From positions 469,682-533,681 of the forward strand of contig PLZJ01000002.1 of the NCBI GenBank assembly GCA_003152105.1: a stretch of 64,000 nucleotides of DNA, in the 5' to 3' direction. The notes beneath the pieces were generated by a model. The model worked only from the letters and a program-made list of their open reading frames with translations. It did not search any database and had not been told where the DNA came from. The position numbers were made by a program, and so were the translations under genes. The DNA is from Candidatus Levyibacteriota bacterium. Lineage in GTDB: Bacteria; Patescibacteriota; Microgenomatia; Levybacterales; UBA12049. Below are positions 47,898-57,062 of the stretch, piece by piece; the first letter of the stretch is position 1; every line of letters begins with the position of its first letter.

Positions 47898-48266
47898 TTA
47901 GGCTTTTTGAAGAACCAGTCCCTTTACCCTTTCAGGTTCGAGAGTACTGCCTCCAGGTGGGAAGAAAACGCCACGTTCGCCGACGAATGCGACAGAAAAA
48001 GCGAGTCGATCGTCACTTATTACGTTGAAAGAGGTGACCATTAGGCTCGCAAAGTACCTGAGACGTTCTTCATCGGTGACAGCAAGCCAGTCAAAATCTT
48101 CTGTCGCCTCGGCGAGCCATTTGTAGGTTACGTAGAGGTACTGATTGTCCTCTTCGCCCTCGATCCATGCGCGCTCGACTTCTCCCCGAGTAACAGGTTC
48201 GCCAGAGCATTGTCTTTCGAGTTGTCCTCCTGCGTAGTGTGCGAGAACTTCGTTTGTGATTTTCAT
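47898..48266 (-). CDS. Hypothetical acidic protein (GC-rich islet 3, gene 3 of 3); start at internal Met with RBS
   Basis: ORF; GAAAGGAAAC RBS before MKITNEV. Confidence 0.3.
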   Translation of the reverse strand: MKITNEVLAHYAGGQLERQCSGEPVTRGEVERAWIEGEEDNQYLYVTYKWLAEATEDFDWLAVTDEERLRYFASLMVTSFNVISDDRLAFSVAFVGERGVFFPPGGSTLEPERVKGLVLQKA

Positions 48267-48297
48267 GTTGTTTCCTTTCGTATTCGACGTGTTGTTT

Positions 48298-48930
48298 TTA
48301 GTGTTGGTGTACAGCAAACGAATCAGGATCGAATGCTTCGACGGCTCGGTCGGGCGTGATGGTGACAGTCTTGGCTTGGGCATCTACAGCATTGATCGTG
48401 AAGATCTGTTGCTTGGTCTTGCCCAACTGGAAAGGTGGAGGCGTTGTTTGCTTTGGAAGAACCTCAGCTAGCATCGCCAGCACATATCCTTGGACGCTGA
48501 AAAGACTCGGAGTCAGGACGAAGGGAGCAAACGGATCTTCAAGAAACGCTATTCCTTCTCCTTCAATCTCAAGCTTAACGAGTGTCGAAGATTTGTCGCC
48601 TCCAAGCGGTTTGAGATAAATGGGATTTCCTTCGGAAACCACGAGTTGTCCCAGGTCTGAGGGCTCAAACTGAGTCCTTAAGTTTCCTGGACGAATAACT
48701 CGTTCGTTTCCGCATGAACAGCGTTTTTCGGAACCTTCCCGAACTGCATCCCAGCGAGGATCAGTAATTCCACTTCTTCCTCCTGGAAGTTCGACGTAGA
48801 CGTTCTGGGTCAAGTCTGCTCTCTGCTCAACGAGCAAATTGCAGGCCGCCAGATACAGTTCTTCGTCGAATTGAGTTCGGTCTGTCTGAACTCCACGAAC
48901 GTACGAAATTGCGTCTTGGACTGTTTCCAC
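48298..48930 (-). CDS. Hypothetical protein (GC-rich islet 3, gene 2)
   Basis: ORF. Confidence 0.35.
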   Translation of the reverse strand: METVQDAISYVRGVQTDRTQFDEELYLAACNLLVEQRADLTQNVYVELPGGRSGITDPRWDAVREGSEKRCSCGNERVIRPGNLRTQFEPSDLGQLVVSEGNPIYLKPLGGDKSSTLVKLEIEGEGIAFLEDPFAPFVLTPSLFSVQGYVLAMLAEVLPKQTTPPPFQLGKTKQQIFTINAVDAQAKTVTITPDRAVEAFDPDSFAVHQH

Positions 48931-48982
48931 TCTATTTCTCCTTTAAGATTCTGCTTGTTTCCCAGGTAAGGAAAGAGCAGGT

Positions 48983-49333
48983 TTATGCCTGTGAGTGAGC
49001 CTGTTCTGCGTGTCTTCTGATCGCAACTGCGATGCATGATCCTCTGGCAGCGAGACCTTCTCGGACCGCCGTCTGCATTGGTTGATCGTAGCCCCTTATA
49101 GTGAAGAGAGCATTGAACTTGGTATACAAGTCCTCAAATCTCTTCGTTAGGGCTCGCATCTTCAACGCCGTATCGTCGTCCACATGAGCAACGAGCTCTT
49201 GGGAGACTGGTTGGTCGGACGGAAGCAGAATTGCCAGTTGTGCCTCCACTTGGTCTAGCTCCACAAGGATTTCTCTGCCTTGTTGGCAAACCTCGTCGAA
49301 GTCATAACCGAGCTGTAGGTATTGTAGCTTCAT
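48983..49333 (-). CDS. Hypothetical protein (GC-rich islet 3, gene 1)
   Basis: ORF. Confidence 0.35.
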   Translation of the reverse strand: MKLQYLQLGYDFDEVCQQGREILVELDQVEAQLAILLPSDQPVSQELVAHVDDDTALKMRALTKRFEDLYTKFNALFTIRGYDQPMQTAVREGLAARGSCIAVAIRRHAEQAHSQA

Positions 49334-49432
49334 GAGTACTCCTTTTTATTGTTATTTGTTCTTTCCTTAACCTGGGAAAGAAAATAGGCATAAATACCCA
49401 CTTTCTTCCTCAGGCTAATTGGGAACAATGTA

Positions 49433-49563
49433 CCGCAACAAATTGTGAATGTGCAAAAATAACTAAAATTAGCACGAAATAAACTGCTTATGTCTAAATA
49501 TGCTAATTTTTAGTTAAAGGAGTATAGCAAAATTAAAGATCTCTAACAAGTGCTATAGGATTA
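49433..49563 (-). promoter_or_regulatory. Conserved repeat element copy 2: minus-strand promoter TTGTTA-17-TATACT (TG-extended) plus conserved leader with 13-bp-stem hairpin
   Basis: Shares ~80% identity over ~120 bp with 34679-34798; leader contains ACTAAAAATTAGCA ... TGCTAATTTTAGT inverted repeat. Confidence 0.5.
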
Positions 49564-49633
49564 GATTTAAGTTAAATGAAGCTTGCAGTAGTGGAAGATG
49601 TTAGAACCTTATTTTACTAAAGTTTTATTTTAA

Positions 49634-50335
49634 TTAAAGTATTGAAGTAGATAATTGTTCCCATTGTTTCTTTCTTAAAGTTAAGTCTGGATTAGTCTCT
49701 ATGATTTTCTTTGCCTTTTCCAAGTATTCCCTAGCTTTATTCTGGTCATCATTCTTTATTATATTTGCAATTCTCATATACCCTCCTGCTACCCAAACAT
49801 CTTTGCTGTATTTATTTGGTGCATCATCAGACGCTTTAAGTTCTTCCAAAGCTTTTTCAGCTCTTTCTAAAGCAGTTTTATCTCCAGCTTTATATTCACA
49901 AGTTGCTAGATGAACTTTCATATCTGCTAAAACTGAATTTCTTTTATGTGTTTCTGGAGGATTATTTTCCATGTTTTCCACTGCTTCTTTATATGATTTT
50001 ACCGCTTCATCAAATTCTCCTAAGTCTTCCTGTAGTTCTGCAAGATTATATAGTGGTATTCCAAGAGATTCTTTAATACCACTTTGCCTTGCTAAATCAA
50101 CAGAAGCTAGCATTTCATATTTTGCTAAAGTTAATATTCTTTTGCTTTTGTGCAAGCTGCCATAAACTCTTAGGGTTATAGAACGACAAGCAAGACCTTC
50201 TGAAAATCCTAAGTCATCATTTTCTTTGTCATAAGCAAATAATGCATCATCATTAAAGGTTAACGACTCTGTAAACTGCTCTTTTTCTCTCGCTTTTGCA
50301 GCATTACCATGTAATATTCTTCCTTTACTTTGCAT
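49634..50335 (-). CDS. TPR-like helical repeat protein
   Basis: Repeated A..Y...A...EAV / KA.E.L TPR-like helices. Confidence 0.45.
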   Translation of the reverse strand: MQSKGRILHGNAAKAREKEQFTESLTFNDDALFAYDKENDDLGFSEGLACRSITLRVYGSLHKSKRILTLAKYEMLASVDLARQSGIKESLGIPLYNLAELQEDLGEFDEAVKSYKEAVENMENNPPETHKRNSVLADMKVHLATCEYKAGDKTALERAEKALEELKASDDAPNKYSKDVWVAGGYMRIANIIKNDDQNKAREYLEKAKKIIETNPDLTLRKKQWEQLSTSIL

Positions 50336-50394
50336 ACTAAGATTATATCATCTACACATCCGGGGTTTACACTATTGTCTTTTTATCTTAGACT

Positions 50395-50660
50395 TTAGAT
50401 AAGGAGAAAGTAGCTGTAGTATTTCTTTTGTAGTTCTTCTAGTTTCCAGTCAGTAGGTTTTATGATTTTTCTACAGTTCTCTGATTTACAGTTACATTTA
50501 AATGTTTGTATGGTAGTTTCATAAGTAGCATACTCAACTACTATCTCTTCTCCCTTCTTAATGTCCTTCATTGCTACTAAAGTTACAGAGTCACATAATC
50601 CAGCATTTGGAATACATGAATGATTAAATGTAGCTGTTTCTTTAAGTTCATCTCTTGATG
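50395..50660 (-). pseudogene. Decayed SET-domain gene remnant (SET core frameshifted and interrupted by stops; intact post-SET Cys cluster)
   Basis: Frame A: ..TATFNHSCIPNAGLCDSVT then TAG TAG; frame B: MKDIKKGEEIVVEY...FKCNCKSENCRKII (post-SET C.C....C). Confidence 0.5.
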
Positions 50661-50896
50661 TTAGACTACTCTTATACGATTACTATTTGGCACAACTTTC
50701 TATATATGTGAAATACTCGGTGCCATTTTATTGCATTTGGGTTATGAAATCGGGTTATATATAGCCTCAATTTCTATGGTTGTGTTAATTGGCTATACAA
50801 TTACTGGAGCATGGTTTCTTGTTGTTGGTGTACAGGGAGAAAGAAAAGCGCGTTAGTTAAACGCTTGCACGGAATGAAATGAGAGCCTATTCTAGA

Positions 50897-51406
50897 TTAG
50901 ATCCATCGTCTCACTTTATTTTTGTAATCTACCCATTGCTTGCCAAATTGATGCTCAAGTTGTGCTTCTTCTCTTTTAATCATTAAATTAATAAGTGGTA
51001 AATGCAAAAAAGTAATAAGTATGCCAAAAATTGTACCAAGCAGTAGAGAAGCTCCTAGAAAAATAAAAAAGTTTCCTCCAAGATAAAGAGGATTTCTTGA
51101 ATATCTAAATGGACCTTGTGTAATAAGATGTTTTTGGGGTTTTAAGACAATGACTTTCATTTGCGCGCGGTAAAAGTAGTATGTTGCCCACACTCTAATA
51201 CTATATCCAATAACTAAAAATAGGATACCAATTGCAAAGAACAAGAATGAGTTAAATGGGGTTATTTTAAAGAGTAAATCTATTAGTGAACCAATAAATG
51301 CAATGATGAAACCAAAAAGTATTGCTGGTATATTATTAATTGCACTTTTTATAAGTATCACATTAAAAGTATACCATCTACTTACCATTGTTTTGTGGTT
51401 AAACAA
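50897..51406 (-). CDS. Isoprenylcysteine carboxyl methyltransferase (ICMT/PEMT)-family membrane methyltransferase
   Basis: RYSRNPLYLGGNFFIFLGASLLLG ... EEAQLEHQFGKQWVDY. Confidence 0.65.
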   Translation of the reverse strand: MFNHKTMVSRWYTFNVILIKSAINNIPAILFGFIIAFIGSLIDLLFKITPFNSFLFFAIGILFLVIGYSIRVWATYYFYRAQMKVIVLKPQKHLITQGPFRYSRNPLYLGGNFFIFLGASLLLGTIFGILITFLHLPLINLMIKREEAQLEHQFGKQWVDYKNKVRRWI

Positions 51407-51618
51407 GATTCCTCATTTAGACATGAGAAACAAGTGTTTAGCTGTATTTTTTGATATTTCTTGCACTATTCTTACTTTTTATTAACTCATCCCTTATGTG
51501 GTTTTTTTACCATATATACATGGAACTACTGATGGTAACAGGAAGCATGGTTGGTTTTATACTTTATTTCTCACAACGAAAACTTGGCTAGAACAATCTA
51601 TGAAAGGAGGTGTTAAAA

Positions 51619-51825
51619 ATGGCAACAGTAATTAATAATCCAACTCCAATGGAAACAAGCGACAGTAGTGGAAACGGATTCTTAGTAGGAATCGTATTGC
51701 TTTTACTTTTGGTTGTTGTATTTTTTGTGTATGCACTGCCTATGCTTCGATCAAGTATGCAAACAACTGCTCCACAGGTAAATATACCTGATCATGTAAA
51801 TGTAAACGTTCAGCATACTAAATAA
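51619..51825 (+). CDS. Small membrane protein (68 aa)
   Basis: RBS AAAGGAGG 8 nt upstream of ATG; one TM LLLLVVVFFVYALPML. Confidence 0.35.
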   Translation: MATVINNPTPMETSDSSGNGFLVGIVLLLLLVVVFFVYALPMLRSSMQTTAPQVNIPDHVNVNVQHTK

Positions 51826-51920
51826 GAAGAAGCAGGTCAGTCAAAGTATCTTTTAAACGTTCATTTTTGTCAAGGAACATGTTTGTTTTCTTTCTGTGAT
51901 ATAATCCAAAAAATATCTCT

Positions 51921-53810
51921 ATGAAAGAGCAACATTTAGACATTGACGACGACATGTACTTACAATTAGCTGCATGGGGAGATGTTGCTGGTATTGACAC
52001 GACACCTATTCAAAAACCCAAGACAGTAAACGAAACACTTTTATCAAAAAGAGAAGGAAAATCTCCAACGACTGTTTTTGAAGACTTGCGATCAAGGCTT
52101 TCCTTTAAGCAATCACGCTTTGCAAATCGAATAAAAGAAGATGTTATTGGTATGAAGCGAAGATTGCCTGATCGCGTGGAAACTTATTGGGATAAGCTAA
52201 CTGCAGGTTGGGCAAAAGGGTTAGATGAATCCGCAACTGATGGATTGGTCAGAGTTGGTGATCATGAAGCGTCGATTTTTGCAATGCACTGGAAATTTAT
52301 TGGTGGTTCATTAAGTGTTGCTTCAGCTCAGTCATTTCTTGATGCAGGGGATACTGCAGTGAAGAAAGACATCCCTTTTATAAGTTTTTATAGTTCAGGG
52401 GGAGTGAGGCAGCATGAAAATGGGGCAGGCTTGAAACAAATGCCTCGTCTTGTTAATGCAATGCGCCATTTTAAAGAACATACACGTAAACCACAAATTG
52501 CCGTGCTTGGAGCACAAGTATGGGGTGGTGTTTCTGCAAGTTCTCTTCCACATGCAGATGTGACAATTGCACTTTTGGGTACTGATTTTGGTTTTTCAGG
52601 TCCTCGTGTTATTAAAAGTTATGAACAACAAGACGTGCCTTTTGGAACACAAAGCGCAGAGGTACAAGCAGTGATTTACCGAAATTTAGATGTTATTGTT
52701 GAAGACAAAGATGAATTATTTGATTATTTAAAACGATTTTTAGATGTAACAGATAGTAAGCACGCAAAATTAACAGAGGAAACATTACCTGATTTTCATA
52801 TTGTTGGAAATCCACAAGCACTTCGATCTTTTGATTTCTCAAACGAAGGGATAGCAAATGCAACGACAACTCATCAGGTAGATACTGATTTTCAAGCAGG
52901 TGAAGAAGTAGTTTTTCAAAAAGAAGTAGCACCAGAGGATAAATTAATGCAAGAATATGAAGCAATAATTCGAAGTGCCAAGCGACCTGATGCAGCATTT
53001 TTTATGGAACATGGATTTTCAGAAGTAGTTCCGCTTTATAACAGCTATTCAGTTGAAGACCGGATGAACTACCCGGCAATAATTGCGTCAATTGGAAAAA
53101 TTGGTCCACAGCCGTTTTTACTTATTGGTACACAGCCTTCTTATCAAAAATCAGGTGAAACAGTCAGAAAAATTCCTTCGAGTCCTGAACCGAAAGATTT
53201 TCGCTATATGCAACGAATGCTTAAAATGGGCAAAAGACTTAAGCTACCCCTTGTGTTATTTACCGATACGCTTGGTGCAAGACCCTCGATAAAATCAGAA
53301 GAAGATGGGCAATCAAGAGAAATTGCGTATGCAATGTATGATGTAATTGATTATCCAGAAATTGTTCAAACGTATGATATTAATGCGATTGGGAGCGGCG
53401 GCGGTGAGGTAACAAATAATGGAGATTTTGTTGGAATGCTATCAAAAGCGCATATGTATGTTGCAGAACCACGATCAGCAGCGTCCATTATTTATGCTGC
53501 AAATCCTTCTGTTGAACAAGTGAGAGATACAATAAATTCTCTGCGTGTTACTGCAGATGACCAGTTAGATCTTGGATTAATTGACGCAGTAATACCTGAG
53601 TCTGATAATACTTTAGAAACAGTTAAAAACGTACATGATGCAATTGCGCAAAATTTTATTCGCCTTCAGAAAAAATCACAAAAACGAAGACTTTCTGAGA
53701 GAGATAAGAAAATTAGAGGATACAAAGGTTTTGAACTCGTAAAAACAAGACGGTTGCCATTTATACACAAAAGTAAGCAGCCTGAAACTAGTAGTCATCA
53801 AACATCCTAG
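51921..53810 (+). CDS. Fused acetyl-CoA carboxylase carboxyltransferase beta-alpha (AccD-AccA) homolog, divergent
   Basis: AccD-like ISFYSSGGVRQHENGAGLKQM, GGVSAS..GFSGPRVI; AccA-like LPLVLFTDTLGARPSIKSEEDGQSREIAYAM, IGSGGGEV; no AccD zinc finger. Confidence 0.7.
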   Translation: MKEQHLDIDDDMYLQLAAWGDVAGIDTTPIQKPKTVNETLLSKREGKSPTTVFEDLRSRLSFKQSRFANRIKEDVIGMKRRLPDRVETYWDKLTAGWAKGLDESATDGLVRVGDHEASIFAMHWKFIGGSLSVASAQSFLDAGDTAVKKDIPFISFYSSGGVRQHENGAGLKQMPRLVNAMRHFKEHTRKPQIAVLGAQVWGGVSASSLPHADVTIALLGTDFGFSGPRVIKSYEQQDVPFGTQSAEVQAVIYRNLDVIVEDKDELFDYLKRFLDVTDSKHAKLTEETLPDFHIVGNPQALRSFDFSNEGIANATTTHQVDTDFQAGEEVVFQKEVAPEDKLMQEYEAIIRSAKRPDAAFFMEHGFSEVVPLYNSYSVEDRMNYPAIIASIGKIGPQPFLLIGTQPSYQKSGETVRKIPSSPEPKDFRYMQRMLKMGKRLKLPLVLFTDTLGARPSIKSEEDGQSREIAYAMYDVIDYPEIVQTYDINAIGSGGGEVTNNGDFVGMLSKAHMYVAEPRSAASIIYAANPSVEQVRDTINSLRVTADDQLDLGLIDAVIPESDNTLETVKNVHDAIAQNFIRLQKKSQKRRLSERDKKIRGYKGFELVKTRRLPFIHKSKQPETSSHQTS

Positions 53811-54817
53811 TCATATCGTTCTTTAATTGCCAAAATAGCTTGTTTTGGTAAGACAAACGTTGTACTTTTTTCTGGAACTGATTGTGGCAATTCTACAACA
53901 GGAATATTTTGATTTCGAAACCAATCGAGTACTCGTTTTGTATACTTTTCAAGTACTGATGCGCCTGAAGTAATACCTATTGTGCGCATTCCTGGACGAA
54001 ACCACGTTGTATCAATTTCTTCTGGTGTATCAATAAGCACTGACGGCATAATCTCTTCTCCAATTTCTTTAAGTTCAGTTGAATTATGAGATGCAGGTGA
54101 GCCCACAACAAGTAAAAAATCAGACTTTAGGATCAGATCATCTACTGCTTGTTGCCTATTGTCTGTGGCATAGCAAATACTTGATCGATCAGGTATGTGA
54201 ATGTCTGGAAACCTTCTTTTTAATGTATCTTGTGCATCTTTTACCTCAGCAGTTGATAACGTAGTTTGTGAATAGACAACCGTTTCTTTTTCTTTTGGTA
54301 ACGCAATTTCATAAGCTGCGTTTTGTTCATCAATATCTAAAAATGTATAATTTTCCTCTTCTAGTTCTCCTAAAACTCCTATTGGTTCTGGATGATTCCT
54401 TGCTCCAATATACACGACGTGCTGATTTTCTGCTTGTGCTTTTACGACTTTTTTATGTACTTTTTCAACGAGCACGCAAGTTGTATCAACAACTAATGCA
54501 TTTTTTTGATCAAGAAGCGTTCGAACGTGTGGACTTATGCCATGTGCTGAGAGAAATACAATGGCACTTTGGGGGAGTTTATCAAAATCATTTTGTATAT
54601 TAATAAGTCCTCTTTCTTCTAAATCTTTCATCACCGGTGTGTTATGTACAATACTTCTATTTGTATAGACAGCCTCTCTTCCATCTACCAGATCCAATAC
54701 TTCAGATGCTGCAACAAATGCCATGTTTACGCCACCGCAAGGACCTCTATTTCCTGCAAGTAATACTTTAGATATGCTTTTTGGAAGCGCTACAAGAGCT
54801 GGTTGTTCAGGAGTCAT
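53807..54817 (-). CDS. ispH: 4-hydroxy-3-methylbut-2-enyl diphosphate reductase
   Basis: LAGNRGPCGGVNMA, VVDTTCVLVEKVH, SSICYATDNRQQAV match IspH Cys-ligand motifs. Confidence 0.85.
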   Translation of the reverse strand: MTPEQPALVALPKSISKVLLAGNRGPCGGVNMAFVAASEVLDLVDGREAVYTNRSIVHNTPVMKDLEERGLINIQNDFDKLPQSAIVFLSAHGISPHVRTLLDQKNALVVDTTCVLVEKVHKKVVKAQAENQHVVYIGARNHPEPIGVLGELEEENYTFLDIDEQNAAYEIALPKEKETVVYSQTTLSTAEVKDAQDTLKRRFPDIHIPDRSSICYATDNRQQAVDDLILKSDFLLVVGSPASHNSTELKEIGEEIMPSVLIDTPEEIDTTWFRPGMRTIGITSGASVLEKYTKRVLDWFRNQNIPVVELPQSVPEKSTTFVLPKQAILAIKERYD

Positions 54818-54893
54818 AAAACGTCTCTATTATATTGCTTTTCCAACCATTTGTCTTCTAAAGTGAAAACGAGGATAGTGATATAATCGAAAA

Positions 54894-55424
54894 ATGAAAC
54901 TTATCTTATTATACGGTCCACCTGCTGTTGGAAAATTAACCATAGCAACGCTTCTTAAGGAAAAGACACATTACAAACTTCTTCACAATCATTTATTGCA
55001 AAATCCAGTATCTGAAGTGTTTTCATTTGATAATCCGGCAAATACTTTGCTTGTTCGAGAATTTAGACTTCGAATCTTGTCCCATGCAACAGACAGTAAT
55101 ATAGATCTTATTGCAACGTTTGGGATATTTAGCAATAATCCGTTTTCTCATATTGAGCAGATAATTAAAACCGTTGAGGAAAAAGGTGGAACAGTTTGTC
55201 TAGTACAGTTAAAAGCAGATAAACAGATACTCTTAGAACGAGTTGAAATGCAGTCTAGAAAAGATCATGGCAAAACATTGAGCAAAGAAGACTTTCAATC
55301 GTTTCTAGAAAAAAACAATCATTTAAACGAAGCATATGAAAAAGCAAATCATTTGACAATTGATACAGGTATATTGACTCCAGAGGAATCTTTAGAAAAA
55401 ATACGCTCATACTATCATCTGTAA
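54894..55424 (+). CDS. P-loop kinase-like ATP-binding protein (AAA_33-like)
   Basis: Walker A GPPAVGKLT at N-terminus. Confidence 0.5.
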   Translation: MKLILLYGPPAVGKLTIATLLKEKTHYKLLHNHLLQNPVSEVFSFDNPANTLLVREFRLRILSHATDSNIDLIATFGIFSNNPFSHIEQIIKTVEEKGGTVCLVQLKADKQILLERVEMQSRKDHGKTLSKEDFQSFLEKNNHLNEAYEKANHLTIDTGILTPEESLEKIRSYYHL

Positions 55425-55428
55425 GACT

Positions 55429-56025
55429 ATGATTACGACCATTATCTTTGATTTATCAGAAGTATATATAAAAGGAATGATGGGAATTGAAAAAAAAATA
55501 GAAGGTAAGACGGGAATACATGTCGAAAGTGATTCATTTCATCAAACAGCGGAAGCAAAAGAGTTTTTTCACGGAAAAATAACTGAAGATGCGTTTTGGC
55601 AAAAACTTATTGCAAATTACAATCTACCAATTGACAAAGAATCTCTTAAGAATTTAGTTCGAGAACAAATGATCGAAGTTGAGGGTACAAGAGAGATTAT
55701 AGAAACGCTCAAGTCAAATGGCTATAAACTAGGGCTTTTATCAATTCATGCCAAGGAGTGGATTAATCATGTAGAAGGGCAATTTGATTTTCATAAGTTA
55801 TTCCATTCTGTTATGTATTCATTTGAAGTAGGCCTAAGTAAACCAGATGAAAAAGCATTTTCCCTTATACTAACAAAACTAGGTGTTTCACCTGATGAGT
55901 GTTTGTTTATCGATGATTTTATTGGAAACATTGAAGCAGCAGCAAAACTTGGGATGAAGACTATACAATTTATAAACGCAACGCAGCTTCGGCAAGATTT
56001 GAAAAAACTACAAATCAACGTATAA
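55429..56025 (+). CDS. HAD-superfamily hydrolase
   Basis: Motif I IIFDLSEVY (variant), motif IV LFIDDFIGNIEAAAKLGM. Confidence 0.55.
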   Translation: MITTIIFDLSEVYIKGMMGIEKKIEGKTGIHVESDSFHQTAEAKEFFHGKITEDAFWQKLIANYNLPIDKESLKNLVREQMIEVEGTREIIETLKSNGYKLGLLSIHAKEWINHVEGQFDFHKLFHSVMYSFEVGLSKPDEKAFSLILTKLGVSPDECLFIDDFIGNIEAAAKLGMKTIQFINATQLRQDLKKLQINV

Positions 56026-56036
56026 TCCTTACATCT

Positions 56037-57050
56037 TTATTTATTCAACCACCGAGAAAGCGAAAAAGAATCATATCCATACAGAAATATGCCAATTGCA
56101 ATACCAAAGAGTATAAAGTGTGGCCAAACTGCTTCGCCAAAGTAAAACAGCGATGCAGTAACAAAAAGCAGAAAGAAAATAGTATTCCACCGCATCAATA
56201 GTCCCAGCACATACAAGAGTCCTATGAGTGACTCAATAATTCCAGCACAAAGAACGGTTAAAAGCGGAGGAAATGGGAAGACGCTGGTTAAATGATATTT
56301 GGAAATTACTTGTAACGATAGTTCTGGATGAAGAAATTTAACATAGACAGCTGTATATATAAGAGACAAACCAAAGGTTATGCGAAGAATCGTAAATGCA
56401 TATTTTCTCCCAAATTCGTCAAGAGATTTTGCCATTTTGTGTTGTTCTTTAAATACCATTTGGTCAACGCTATATGTTTCACCACCTAAAAGAAAAAGAA
56501 CAAAAAATTCTCCAAAATAATTTATGTAGGTTACCATATATGCATGAAAGGTAAGTGCAGAAATTGCATACATAATAATCATCAGTGCTGCAAAAAATCG
56601 TGTATGAAGACCAAGTAAAAATGCTATACCGCATGTATACAATATAAAAATTAATACGGTTTCGCTACCTATTTGTGTTAATGGAAGTTCAGGTCCAAAA
56701 AAACTTTTATACGCTGCTGAGCAAATGAGTGAAATGCCAAGTACAAGACGTATGAGAAGAGTTGAATATGGTCGAAATTGCTCAATGGTACTTCCTAGTT
56801 TTTTGGAAAACGCCGCATTGCAGATAAGATATGAGGCAAAAAGCGCGACAATGATTCCTGAGAGAAAAAGAAGAAATAGCAAAAGATTTGAAGATGATGT
56901 AAGAATTGAAAACACGTTTATGTGTACTTTTAAATCATTTGTAATATCCGTTGAGCTAAGTACATACACCTCATGTGCGAAAACTTGTTTCGAATAAAAA
57001 AGATAAAAGATTGAAAGCAGAAGTGGTGCAATATATTTTTTACTCATCAA
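56037..57050 (-). CDS. Tandem DoxX-like polytopic membrane protein with signal peptide
   Basis: Two repeats of 4-TMS DoxX-like units. Confidence 0.45.
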   Translation of the reverse strand: MMSKKYIAPLLLSIFYLFYSKQVFAHEVYVLSSTDITNDLKVHINVFSILTSSSNLLLFLLFLSGIIVALFASYLICNAAFSKKLGSTIEQFRPYSTLLIRLVLGISLICSAAYKSFFGPELPLTQIGSETVLIFILYTCGIAFLLGLHTRFFAALMIIMYAISALTFHAYMVTYINYFGEFFVLFLLGGETYSVDQMVFKEQHKMAKSLDEFGRKYAFTILRITFGLSLIYTAVYVKFLHPELSLQVISKYHLTSVFPFPPLLTVLCAGIIESLIGLLYVLGLLMRWNTIFFLLFVTASLFYFGEAVWPHFILFGIAIGIFLYGYDSFSLSRWLNK

Positions 57051-57062
57051 TATTTATAATAC

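Noticed and set aside
34655-49563. The two clear repeat copies as attL/attR of an integrated element, or as transposon terminal repeats
   Set aside because: They are direct rather than inverted, and only ~80% identical over >100 bp. A third, more diverged copy lies 14 kb further on. Each copy is positioned as a promoter/leader of an adjacent operon. No integrase or transposase is present in the window. Kept only as a minor alternative.
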